A DNA stretch of 64,000 nt from Octopus bimaculoides. Taxonomy: Eukaryota. A program made the position numbers and the translations under genes. Positions 49,501 through 63,176 of this stretch are shown one piece after another; positions within the stretch are counted from its first letter, which is position 1; each line of letters opens with the position of its first letter. The DNA is taken from positions 19,725,897-19,789,896 of the forward strand of contig NC_068988.1 in the NCBI RefSeq assembly GCF_001194135.2, written 5' to 3'. The notes under the pieces were generated by a model. That model searched no databases. It was given only the letters and a program-made list of their open reading frames with translations, and was not told where the DNA came from.

Positions 49501-51064
49501 TTAAATAGATAAACATTGAGTATAATAACTAAACTCATATCAAGAACAGATACCTAACTTACATGAAATTCCTCACAATCCCATTCCAAATTTTGGTCAA
49601 TATATAGAGTGTCCTACTACTGTCTATGCCTTCTATTCTCTTTGTTACACCGCTGGAGTGGTTTCTGTACTACAGAGTGAGTAAATGATAGTTTAATTCT
49701 ATTTCGTGAGACGTGTACTCAGTCACTTCCTAAATTTCCTCCTGTCCTTATCTTGTCGCCGATATTGTGTGTAGACCCACTGAAGGAATGAAATTGTCCT
49801 CGGTCGAATGCTTGCAATAGAGTGATCTTCTCTAAAGAAACAGTAAGTTGAAGAGGTCTTTAGAACACCTGTGAGGACGTATCGCGGCACTTATTCTGCC
49901 ACGCTGCCCCATAAGTTCCAAACCTGTTGAAATTAAATTTGCTCCTTGTCATAATGGATTCGATAATATAGTACTAATCTTCAATTTTTTGGAATGAGCA
50001 CAAATGTAAGAACGCTGGACTTTAAAATATTTGTTTTTGTTCTCATTATTCAAAGCTCGAATCCCACCGACTTACAGGGTTGGTAGGCTTAATCCGCTAT
50101 TCTGTTTTGCATCAAAACGCAGCATCTTGCTTGCTTTCAGTAAAGCCCACTTAAAATTAAGTAGTCAGGCCAGGTGTTCGATTTTAGGGTACAATGCATC
50201 TTCTCTTTCTCTCCTACGAGTTTCGGAGGTCTTAGAAAAACATCATCCCGACTAGAAATTAAAAGAAAGATGGACGTCGAAATATATTGAACACACCTTA
50301 GCGGGCTTCGATTTTAAATTGATTATTTATTCGTTATCTCCTAAGTTAATAATATCTCTGTGTAGGATTACAATCACAAAGGCTCCAACGATCTTTGACA
50401 CTTGATAAGAGAAGTTCAATTACGTAATGAAATACAAGTCACCTAGAAATCAAAAGGTAATAAAGTTACAAATTTACGTTACAATATATTCAATTAAATA
50501 TTCTATCCTGTTCTTCACCGTATCCTGTGCTTTCTATTTGAGTTTATGCAGTGAATGAAACAGCAACATTTAATATTACCGTTCATCGAATCAACTGATC
50601 AATGTTTAGTTATGCTACATCACACGACTAAACTCTTGAGCATTAAGCGCTTACAATGCTAGAGGCAATAATTAGCGAGCTAATGTCAATTTTGTTTAAT
50701 TAAATTCCGGTAAATGCTTAGCAGAATACGCATTTACGCAAGATCGTATTCTTTTGTTGCGTAGCTCTATCGTAGAGTGGACGGAATAGAATTAAATATA
50801 AAGGAAGACAATTATTCAGCTGGAGAAAATTTGACCAGAGGGTAAAGGGAAAAGGAGGTGAAGCGAGAAAGTAAAGTGGAACACCTAAGGAAAGAGGGAG
50901 TGCTTGAGGAAAATATCTATGGAATAGCTAGTTTGGAGAGCCATAGAAGAGGCAAATATTATAATGAAAGAGTGAAATATGCTGAAGAATTTACTTCCGC
51001 GATCATTTACGGTGACCATATTAGCTGCAACTTTAGAATGTCAAGCAAATTGCCAATCACTATT

Positions 51065-51185
51065 TATTTTGACTACTCACATTCGGCGTTCAAATCTCAC
51101 TGAGGTGAATATTGTCATTCAAATTTCGTGATTGCTAAAAATATACCAGTCAAGAACTGTGGTTCATTTACTCGACTGAGCGTCG
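51065..51185 (+). mobile_element. SINE family A, partial and old
   Basis: GTTCAAATCTCACTGAGG...AAATATACCAGTCAAGAACTG. Confidence 0.6.
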
Positions 51186-53161
51186 CAATAAACTGTCCAT
51201 CATGTACTTCAGATTTTGACATATAGCTCCATCATCGCCGGCGCCTATCGGCGTGGTGTACAGCCGTTTCCATAGCCAATTTATTCAATTAGAGAAATTG
51301 AATTAAATTGTATATTTTCATATTGAAATTGGTCAATTGTATATTTCATCAAGGGAGAATTTACCAGAAAGAAGTTGCATTCCAACGTGTTGGTTGATCT
51401 TGTGCTCACACATGTAAATGGGCTTTCGAAAACTACCGTTAGTTATATTAGTGTCTTAAATAAATTAATCATATGTTAAAGCTACTAGTACTTCGAAAAG
51501 TTTCGTATTTTCATGTTTAATATACTAACATCTGTAGCTATAAGAATGAAGAATTCTTAGTAGTAATCATAGAAATATTAAATATTATATTAAATATTAA
51601 TATTTCATCTTACTTACGAGGAAGGAGACGGATTTTTTCATGTATTCATACATGTTTATAGATGTTCAACTATTGCCATTAGTTATATTTCTATTATAAA
51701 TAATTAATTATATATTAAAGCGACTAGAATTTGAATTTGTCGGTACTTCTCGTTTTATTACACTAGCATCTGTAAATATAAGGATTAAAGGAAGCTTAGT
51801 AGATATATCTACATTAGAATATTTATTAAATAGTAAAGATGTATAATTATGTTTTCTGCACAGGTAGCAATATAATTTGTGGTCTCTATGGATGGATGTA
51901 ATTAAGCACGTTGCACATGAATATGTCGTTGATATTTTATGAAGTTAGAGATGAAACGTATTGATTTTGTAGAAATTGTAGCTTTAGTAATTCAGGTTCT
52001 TTTATAATCAAATTTTTATCAATTGTATTTGCTAACGCTTACACTTTCCTTTGTATACATAGTTTACATAACTATTGCGCACAGATATAGATGATGCGAT
52101 ACTCTTATATGATAAGTAACAAGCAGTTTTTAATACGTCATATTTTTCGTTGTCTCCAATATTATAACAAAAGTAGGAGAAATTACATGATGAATGTTAC
52201 CGCTCCCTCTCATTCATTCTCTCTCTCTCCTTCTCTTTATATCTCTCTATCATTCTTTCAATCTTACTGTATAACACCTAAGGACATGAATTTGAAGCAG
52301 GTGGTAGCAAATTGTGAAAGGAAAAGTCTGCCTTTTTTGCAAGGATTTCTGTCCACCACATAGATGCATTTGCTGCAATTTTCCTAGAGAGACATTGTCA
52401 ACATGGTAATTTGTTTTCAGCTTTAACTGAATGGGTATGCTTTCGTTTGTCCGTTTAAAATTATGCTGAGTTTCATAGTCATGTTTATATATAGATAGTT
52501 TCCACTTCTCCCATGAATAATTAAATATCGCCCACGCTATCATTCTATCACTCTTATATCTCTCCTTTTATATAATCACAATCTCTCAGACAAAAACACA
52601 CACACTCACACAGGCGTTTTAAATATATATGTATATAAATGTGTGTGTGTGTGGTTAGAATATTTTGTATATTTGTCTGCATTTATATACATATATACAT
52701 ATGTGTGCGTGTGTTGGTGGTTATGCATACATACTTACATACACATATACATTCATACAAACTTATATTTATAATACATATATTACAGGCATACATATAA
52801 CACAACTGTAGCAGTTCAAAAACTTTCTACTAACTCTCAGTCACTAATTGGTAGCAAACAAACTAAAAATCAGAACGTACTACATCGTTAAAAGAGACCT
52901 TAATGGTTTCTAAGTCTTCATCAAACGTCTGCGATATATAATTGAATTTCAGGAAAAATAGTATTGATTTATATTTTTAACGAACATATATTTTTTTTAA
53001 GCTTTAAAATTATCTATCCTTAAAAGAGATAGGTCACACACTTTCAGAGATTTTGATATTTATACATTCATGCACACATTTGCATATATAAAGACGTATC
53101 CAGATATATACACAAAATTTGTGCATATAAATATATTTATGTTTATATTTATATACAAGCT

Positions 53162-53199
<38 letters not shown>

Positions 53200-54129
53200 G
53201 AGTGCATGTGTGTATGTGTGAGACCTGTGCGTATTTCTGAATGTCCTTGTTTCTGTGTATATGTATACATAGATATATACACATATATACGTGGTACATA
53301 TATGTCTTTGTGTGTGAGAAAGTGTGTGTTTGTGTGGGGCAGGGTGGGGGTGTGTATGAGTAGTTGCACTAACATCCTGCGCACGGAGCCTCTTAACTGA
53401 CACATAAAAGCCATACCTACCTAGCAACACATGTTGCGTCAATCGATCAGTCAATCGAATATTTTCTGCAACCACTTTATATAATATAATTACTGAATAG
53501 TTTCCTTCCTATATCGAGGTGCATATATCAATTTGTATTTTTCGATAATTATTCATATACATTCGCGTATATTATTATTGAATTACAATAACTGCACGTG
53601 ACGACCATTATTTAAAACGTCAACCTAATTAAAAGGCTTAATGGCTGATGCCTATTGGAATGTTAAAGTTCATTTTCCTTAATATAAAGACACATCCTAC
53701 GTGAAATAGGCACGTCACAGGTCTTTGCTTCAGAAAGTGGAGTTTGGTATTTTTACAAAAGACTCCGCATACACACAAACACGGACGTACACACACAAAC
53801 ACGGACGTAGACGCACACACACACTCATACGTAAACACACACGCACATACGTAAACATACATATACCTCTCTCCCGACACGGACACACATACGCACACAC
53901 AAACACGTGCTTATAAACGTAACGATATCCACGCTTTCACAATGCGTGTGATGGTAGTATATTTGTGCGTATGTAATTTTATGAGTGGTATGCATGTCCC
54001 AGATTGAAACGGAGGAATTTTATGGGCGGTTCATATATATATGAGGGCGTAGACACACCAATATCTGATGCCAAGCGATGATGTGCGGAGAAACACAGAC
54101 ACCAGGACACTCACACACTAACAATAGCG

Positions 54130-54221
54130 CGCGCACAGACACACACATGCTCACAGACAGACACACAGACAGACACACAGACATACAGACAGACACACAG
54201 ACATGCATACACACATACACA

Positions 54222-54265
<44 letters not shown>
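54130..54265. repeat. (ACAG)n/(CA)n microsatellite (internal repeat of the adjacent SINE B)
   Basis: direct inspection. Confidence 0.9.
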
Positions 54266-54268
<3 letters not shown>

Positions 54269-54422
54269 GACGGGCTTTTTTCAGTTTCCGTCTACCAAAT
54301 CCACACACAAGGCTTTGGTCAGCCCGAGGCTATAGTAGAAGACTCTTTGCCAAGGTACCACCCAGTGAAAGTCAACCCGGAACCATATGGTTGAGAAGCA
54401 GCCTTCTCACCACATAGCCACA
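54266..54422 (-). mobile_element. SINE family B head
   Basis: AGACGGGCTTTTTTCAGTTTCCGTCTACCAAATCCAC...CCACATAGCCA. Confidence 0.88.
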
Positions 54423-55337
54423 AAGCATATACATTTTGGAGACCGTAGAATAATACATATGCATACATATGAGCATATGCACACACACACACACACGCAT
54501 GCATACATGTAGACACTGTCAATAGTAAAGGTGAAGTTACTTAAAATGCATAATTATTTATCATATGCAGTAGAAACATTTATGTGTCAATACCATATAT
54601 AAGTATGGAGTGACTATTTTCCACAATGTCACCGTGTCAAAATGCTGAGTATAACCTCAGAAATTGCTCAACACACATTCAAACATATAATATATAAATA
54701 TCTGTTAGTATTTACATAATATTTTTTATATGTCTGTGCGTGCATATGCGCATACATGACATGAGTTACTTAAATATCTACAACTAATTTTCATCGATTT
54801 TCTATCGAGTTCTTGACGTTTATAGAGGTTTCTTTTAAATTGTTCTATTACGTCTGTAAAATTGCTTCTCCTGCAGATACCCAACGCTATATCAATTAAC
54901 ATAAAATATCCGACGTCCATATCTACTATATTTTATTTTGTCTTAGCTTAATCGTTCGTCTTGCTAATGTTTTGTGCCACATATTTTCTTTACATCTTGA
55001 CGTCAAATGTGTTGCTGTTATTAGACCTCATCTCCTAGAAGTTTTCTTTTGAATTGCAGACGGTAAGCTTAAACATTGAGACGGCGTCTGCGTATGTCCT
55101 GAAGTTAAATATATGCAATTCAATGCAGATTTATCGCATTATTTCTTAATGATTTGCTGCCTAACATCTTCAATACATCCAAATAGAAAATCTTGGTACA
55201 CGACATAAAACATGCAACCGTATGTTTGCGCGCCTGAACAGTGCCCACTATCAATCTCTTATAGAACTTGACCACACGCCTATATCAGCATCATTAATAA
55301 ACAGCAGTGGTAGAAGTAACAACAGTAACAGCAACTG

Positions 55338-55338
55338 C

Positions 55339-55406
<68 letters not shown>

Positions 55407-55415
55407 CGGTGGTGG
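55338..55415. repeat. (AGT)n followed by (GGT)n
   Basis: direct inspection. Confidence 0.95.
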
Positions 55416-56461
55416 TGTCGGGACTTGAATTTTTAATAAAAGGCGGGTAGTTTGTGGCAAGTGGCAATTCTGGCTGCTATTTCTAAATTGTAGAAACCCT
55501 CTCAAGCTGCTTCTTCGGAAAGATATACTGGGACGAAGCAGCAAATGAAATCAGTAAAACCTTAGCAGGTTGCAGCATACATACAGACTCTAAAACGGAT
55601 TACTATTCACACGTGTTTACAGTTTCTGTAATAATGCTAATGTTTATTCAACTTGTAATCAAGTCAAATTGTAATTCAATCACATTATGTATATTTTACG
55701 TATATACGAAAACACGAAAACCGAAATGTCACAATTAATCGACTTGAGTAAATCTGCTTCAATTTATGTACATGTGTTCTTATATAAATATCTTAATTCG
55801 CTTAGAGTTGGTTGTTTACGAGACTGCTAGTTACAATCATAATGAACTTCATAAATTAATGTTTCAAGCCTGTTTACATTGAATTGATTTATTCATCTAC
55901 ATTTATTATATTATAAAATTACATTAGTTTGGTGAATAAGAAACTATGCCAGACGTACGTCTGTAGCAAATAATACACTTTTACTGGTGTTCCAGTAACC
56001 GGAATAACTTTATAGGACATTTCCCTTCTTGAAAATTGTCTGCCGTCGCGGAAAAGGAATTATCTAAATCGATAGTTACATGGAAATCATCTGTACAGAA
56101 ATTTCTATGTAAAAATCTAAAAAATAATAATAGTAAATCTCATGCTGGTAGCTAAACTTAATCAAATTTGAATAACAGTGCTTCTTTCTTTATAGTGATG
56201 TCTTCTGCTACATCAGGTAATTGCCTCACCTTCGCCCACATCAGCCAACTTCAATGAAAGCGATGATACTCGTGTTAGAATGAGATGCTTCAACGGAAAA
56301 TTGTATAATAATCAATTTTCGAAAATCGATTAGATTTTACATGCTTCTTAATTATAACCAATACTTGAATGTTTAATCATACTACACTTCAAGTCAATAT
56401 AACACGAAGAAATACTGATATACATACATGCACACATACACACATATACATGCATATATAT

Positions 56462-56586
56462 NNNNNNNNNNNNNNNNNNNNNNNNNNNNNNNNNNNNNNN
56501 NNNNNNNNNNNNNNNNNNNNNNNNNNNNNNNNNNNNNNNNNNNNNNNNNNNNNNNNNNNNNNNNNNNNNNNNNNNNNNNNNNNNNN
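56462..56586. other. assembly gap within a (TA)n/(TATG)n tract
   Basis: N run. Confidence 1.
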
Positions 56587-56607
56587 TATATATATATGTA
56601 TATATGC

Positions 56608-56671
<64 letters not shown>

Positions 56672-57349
56672 ATATAAATAGCGTACTCGAAGTCAAGTGG
56701 AATGTCTCCACTTCATTATGCAATTATGCTTAATTGCTCTGCACGCTTACCTACTTTCACTTTACTGAAGTCTCAATAGTTTTCTAAAAAATAGTATCCG
56801 CATTTGGAACCTGATTCCTACTAACAAACACTCAGAGTTTAAGAGAGTAATCGTAATCGTCTTACAAGATAATTACTCAGACAATATCGATTTCGTTTCA
56901 GAGACACTCGAAATTGGAAATAAAAGTTTTCTCTTCGATTTATATTGATATTCGATTTACACAGCTTTGTACAAAACGATTAAAAGGCAAATTTTATAAA
57001 ATTCATGTTATCTGTTATTTTTTAGCCTTTTCACACTATCATCCTGTGTTTAAATAAGGCAGTAATCATTTCATCGATTGAAGTAATACCAAGCCTGCAA
57101 TGGACATGACTCCAATATCGAACTCAGAGGAAGGTGGGGATATGCAATATCTTTTCTTCACTTCTTAGTTGTCTTTCGTTTCTCACTCATTATCTTATTT
57201 ACTTTTTAACAAACATCAATATTAGCTTCTGCTTTTCTTACTTTCATTTTCTCACTGCATCTTCGACCTGACAATAACCAACCTTTCAAACGTCTTTAAG
57301 AATGTCGATTATTAATGTCATTATGCTCATTACGGTTAGAAATATTCTC

Positions 57350-57350
57350 C

Positions 57351-57414
<64 letters not shown>

Positions 57415-57622
57415 CNNNNNNNNNNNNNNNNNNNNNNNNNNNNNNNNNNNNNNNNNNNNNNNNNNNNNNNNNNNNNNNNNNNNNNNNNNNNNNNNNNNNN
57501 NNNNNNNNNNNNNNNNNNNNNNNNNNNNNNNNNNNNNNNNNNNNNNNNNNNNNNNNNNNNNNNNNNNNNNNNNNNNNNNNNNNNNNNNNNNNNNNNNNNN
57601 NNNNNNNNNNNNNNNNNNNNNN

Positions 57623-57664
<42 letters not shown>

Positions 57665-57680
57665 TGTGTGTGTGTGTTTG
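57350..57680. repeat. (CT)n, (TA)n, gap 57416-57622, then (TG)n
   Basis: direct inspection. Confidence 0.95.
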
Positions 57681-57951
57681 ACATTACCTCACTTGACAGT
57701 AAATGAATATAAGATTAGTATGGGTAATTCTTTCTTCTGGTTATGGCATTCATAATGTTGCCGAGTGCCGCATTTGAAGCAGATGAGAGGGTTTCAAGGC
57801 CCTCAAGTGACAGGAAAGGCATCTGAAACATGCAGTATAATATATATATATATATATTCACATACACACTCACACACATATATATACACACATCCATATC
57901 TATTTAGATACCTACATTTCATCCTCTGTATACTCAAATAGACGAGCACAA

Positions 57952-57954
<3 letters not shown>

Positions 57955-58037
<83 letters not shown>
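57955..58037. repeat. (CA)n microsatellite
   Basis: direct inspection. Confidence 0.97.
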
Positions 58038-58039
<2 letters not shown>

Positions 58040-61000
58040 GTGTCTGTGCATATTTATTTGTCTGTGTACGTAGGTATGCTGGTTGAAATTGCCCACGATA
58101 GCTTTTTACAAATAGATTGAATAAAGCAGTCAAATTTCACTTGTCATGCCGCGTTTCAGCTTTAGACGAACACAACTAAATTTGATTACGCAATACTACC
58201 AATTACAACCATAGAACATCGTCTTTGCATATGATCAGATGCTCAGTTTTGTAAAATTTTAAGTAGTTCCTCCCATTGGAGTAGTGTTGGACTGTATTAT
58301 TTCTACAAGATTTTCTCATCATGTCTTTAATAAATATGTCGAGACCTATGATTTTTAATTTTGCGGATGTCATTGTTGAGGTCTACCGACATTTTGTTTC
58401 ATCTTTCTTTGTTTACTCTCAGAAACACATCATTAAGTTACATATGAAACTTCATAACTGTCTGAACTAAATTTTGTAGTTGTGAATACATCTTTTGCAC
58501 CGTACTTAATTCGCTCTTATTTAGTAGTCCCATATCTGCAATGATCAAGCACATATCTCGTGTATTCATCAAAGACTGAATCTTATTTTACTGCATCATG
58601 CAATGTATATTACATTTTTCTGCTCTCTTTAGCGAGTCTAGTGACGGTCCATATACACGTTTATTTGTTGGTTTGTATATGCATTGTAAAGCTAAACATT
58701 AGAGAGAAAGTGATAATAAAAGCTATTTCAAATTCAATGACAATCACATTCAGAGAGACACCTCATTGTTATAAATTCTATACTATATCTTCAACTGACT
58801 TTTCTTGAATCATATATGCCCAGAGGTAGATTAAGTTCAAGTAGACCTTTGCAATCTCTTTTCAAAAGAAGTAAACGACGAACAAAGAGCACTAGCAAGC
58901 TGCTATAAAACAGAAATACCTGGAGGAGTTTTACTTGAAGAGTATATGTGATCTTCGAGTTTGTAAATTGGAATTTTGGAATATTGAAATGTGTAATGTA
59001 GTGCATTAGAAGGAAGTATCCACAAAATGATTGACGATTTCAAAAGCATTCTATCAGAATGGCATGAAACTTTGAATGTGATAGGTCAACTTTAGAAAAT
59101 ATAATGAAGAGCAGTATGTGTTCTGCAAACCGAAAGGCTTGTGACATGTCTATTTGTTAGTGTTGAACTGGTTTATTTCTTTCACTCCTTCTGCAACTGA
59201 CGTGGCCATCGGGCGGTTTTAATATTGACAATTGTTTTTCATACTTTCAAATCTGGTTTCCGGTTTGTTTGTTTTTTTCTAACTAGGTCTCTCCAACCTC
59301 AGGTATATCATAGCTGTTCTCTTTCCTCTTGCTTTCTTGTATGTCATCAGTTACCGCTACCCACTGATTATTGTGTCCTGTACAAGATTTCCTGGATGAC
59401 ATGTAAAAAATCTTCAACGATACCAGTTATTATCAAGAAACTCTAATTTCAATCCCATGAGCGATAAATGGTATGAATATATGAAGCCTACTTTTCTAAA
59501 TTGGTTACTACTAAAGATTCTAAGATAGTTACATCGAAATCTGACATTGTGTACATGTGTTGCTTGAAGGGTTATAAAGCAACGATAGGAAAGGGAGTTA
59601 ACTAATGACTATATCTTGTTCCAGAGTCATAATACATGTACCTTGATTTCAAACTTATATGTAATGAAATTGTTCTTCACCTCTACAACTTTGGATACTA
59701 TTGAAGAAACTTAAATTGCTTCGCTTACAACACAATTCCGATCTATTTACATAACTAGAATTGCTTCGACACAATTACCTGAATATAACATAAAAGATTA
59801 CATGAATATAACATGAAAGAGGGCTTTAGAATGCATGGTTAAAACAAAATGTCATGAAACAGTCCGTTGATTTCTTCACTTTCATCATTCTTTATAGCAA
59901 TTAGTAATAAGGAAGATAATAGGCAGCAATGGACAACTACGTATTTCTAACCACTAGTAAAAAAAGAATTTAATGTCCACTGGTAAAACAGTAACGAATA
60001 TTTGAAATAAAGAAATAATAAATTATAACTATAACTCAATGAAAATGTGTATTTAAAAAAAACACCAATCAACAAGAAACAAGATGAGATATAGGTCATG
60101 GTTAAAAAAATTTCAATTGTTGAAATAAGGTGTAATTGTTTGATCATCATTAAGAATGCACCGGAATCTCAGTTCACCTCACTCATCTGTATAGGTATAT
60201 CGTTCTCGTGCTACCACACCCTATCATCCACACGTGATGATCAACCCACTTCACCATGACATCAGAAACTTTAATTAGCAAAAACACAATTATGTATCAT
60301 CACCTACTTTAGTAATGCGAAACATCCTACCAACACATTTCCATTCTCAGTTCTGACATTGCTACATCTGCCAGAACTATAACTGCCACCACACCTCATT
60401 TCAATTCCTTTTCAATGTTGAAACAAAGACGCATCGCTTCATATTATCATCGCTTAACCATCAAGAATAAAATAGCATTATGCAAAACAATTGCCGCAGT
60501 AACCATAATAGAAGGAAAAACTAAATGCATTAAAAGACAAATAACAAAAGCAGCCGCAATAAAAGATTTCACAACAGCACAAACAACCTGTTGTACACCA
60601 AGAAAAAATAATAGCTACTGTCATGACAAAAGCAAGCACCGAAAGAATCATAAGAGCATTAACAGCAACAACAATAAAAAAAAACAATATTTTAGTAGTA
60701 GTGACAAAACTTAATGGAAGTTTAAATTTAATTCCTTACTAATTTACTTTTGATGAATTTTTTGAAAATTTTCCTCTTGAACATCCGCAAATAAAGAGAC
60801 AAACACAATACAGAAATAACAAAATAAATAAATGATTTATTGAAAATCAGTGAAAACAAAATAACGAAGTTGCTAAATTACTGTTGCTCATGTTATTACA
60901 GTTATTATTTCGATATTCACTTTACAATTTATTGTTTTTACTTTATAAAACATATATAATTGTACGCTCTTAATTATCTTTTGTATGTAGAATCATAATG

Positions 61001-61287
61001 GTGGCGAAATTTTCGCCAGTAATGCTCTTTTTTCGAGTGTATATTATTATATGTAGGATAACCTGATCGAATGTTACATTGAATTCGTCAGTTCAATTTG
61101 GGGTGCTCATGCTTACAATCTCACACACTTGCAAACATTACTTTCATTTGTCTTTTTAATGGTTTAACTCCATGCACTTCTGTTCTCCCAAGACAAGCTT
61201 TGAAGTGGTCAGCAGGCGGGAAAAAAATCAATGCAATGAGGTGTTTTAATTTTGGTACGTATTCCTATGGAGCCAGTCACGAGTGCG

Positions 61288-61432
61288 CTCCACTCTAGGA
61301 AAACGGCCCGAAATTTGGGGGAGGGGCCAGTCGATTAGAGCGAGCCAGTACACAACCGGTACTTAATGTATCGACCCCGAAAGGATGAAAGACAAAGTCG
61401 ACCTCGGCGGAATTTGAATTCAGAACGTAGTG
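61288..61432 (-). mobile_element. SINE family A 3' two thirds
   Basis: reverse complement CGTTCTGAATTCAAATTCCGCCGAGGTCGACTTTG...TTTCGGGGTCGATAC.TTAAGTACC. Confidence 0.88.
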
Positions 61433-61439
61433 ATTTTGT

Positions 61440-61576
61440 CTGCTCGCCGCCAATATAATCAGGAAGGTATGGATAACTGAAAAGAACGAATAGTATGGTA
61501 CCGTAGGCTGGAGGTAGGAAGCTCACAACGTATACAAGATTCCAGGAGCTCCAACAAAACCTGTGATAAAGAGAAA
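61440..61576 (+). mobile_element. extreme 3' end of the second R4/Dong-like LINE subfamily
   Basis: colinear with 6132-6274, including an identical terminal 31-mer. Confidence 0.7.
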
Positions 61577-63089
61577 ACATATATATATAGATATACATAT
61601 GTGTGTGTGTGTGTGTGGAAAATGCGTGTACGGCAGAGTGCTCGTGATTCAAAAGGCCAGCGTTAGCGCACCGTTTTCCTTCAGGATGCAACAGACCGTA
61701 GAACATTCTGCCACCTGCTCTATAATTCAGTTTGTAGGCAGCTCATTTCATCGTCGAATACGGCACGTATTTAAATATTTATTACACTGTATATGCCTAT
61801 TACAAATATGAGCTTATTCAGTGTGAAATACATTCTGTATCCCTTTTATGCTATGGTTTGCCGCGGATTATCTGTGTAACATGATGCTGATATTTCTTTC
61901 TACCCCTTTCTCTCTATTCTCCGATAAACTTTACACTGTGACATTGTCACTATATGCTCGTTTCCCTTTAAAATGAGTTGTTAAACATCAGTAAAAGCTA
62001 AATCTCAGAAACACCATATACAGAATCGTATGTCTAAGAATGTTGCTCTTTTTGTATTTTTCTTGAAGTCAAAGTCAATTCTTGTCAGTAACTCAGATTA
62101 AATGCATTCCAACTCTAAACACTTCGTTTTACGTACGCACAGGTAATGCTGAATCATTGAGACATAGATATCTCTGAAGATAATCGCTTTAGCCTGACAG
62201 TGAAATCGAATTTCAGTATAAATGAAAAGCTGGATTCAGTGAGATGACAGAAAAAAAACCTGCACAAAGCATGAAGGGACATAGAAAAACAACTATACAA
62301 CGAGTAGTTCTCTATTTTTTTGCTTTCCTTGCAAGAAATACCACTTATATCTTATTTATACCACACTAGACCTTCTTGTTAAAAGTTGTTGTGCACACTC
62401 CATAGTCTCTCTCTGTATACATAATCCTTTGTCTCTTTGTCTGTATGTTCTCAAAGCATTCTCGAACGGCTCAACCAAATCAAATTATATTTAACATGGT
62501 GATGCTATCAGACCCCGTGAATGTCAACATGTAATTTTTTGTGTTATTTGGATTTAAACCACGACGACCAAGTCACATTTTGTATATGACCGTGTATCTG
62601 TCTTTAAATGTATGTAAGTGAGTGTATGAGTGTGTATATGTCTCACAGTGTGTGTGTGTCTTTCCGCGTTAGGTACGTTATTAAACATACTCCATGTATG
62701 TGTGGGCTGGTCAATGCTAATACGAAATTCTATATTTATTTCAATAATTTTCATTTCGATTAAAACAATATATCATCACTTATTAAACACACACATCTAC
62801 ACATACATACACGACTGACATGCGTAAATGTAACGTTGCGTGTGTTTATCTTACTATATGTATGGGAGGGTTGGCCAATGTCAATACGAAATTATATCTT
62901 CATTTTCAACAATATAACATTTCATAGAGATAATTTTTCTGTTGTCAACAGGACATTTTATACCACGACAACAATATTACATATTGTATAGACTGTGTAT
63001 ATGTCTCATACAGCATGCGTCTCTTTCCGCATTAGGTACGTTATTAAACATACACACACATCTACACATATATACACATATCTGCCTAT

Positions 63090-63093
63090 CTAT

Positions 63094-63173
<80 letters not shown>
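63090..63173. repeat. (TATC)n followed by (TA)n
   Basis: direct inspection. Confidence 0.95.

Positions 63174-63176
<3 letters not shown>

Noticed and set aside
55950-55998. 14-bp palindrome CAGACGTACGTCTG next to the hairpin TTACTGG-TGTT-CCAGTAA
   Set aside because: Short stems, no TSD or matching terminal repeat; not enough for a MITE, Helitron end or miRNA.
59285-59400. Hydrophobic frame LSNLRYIIAVLFPLAFLYVISYRYP resembling a GPCR or nAChR transmembrane helix
   Set aside because: Pyrimidine-rich DNA yields such peptides; Pro spacing does not fit nAChR M1 and the frame stops soon after.
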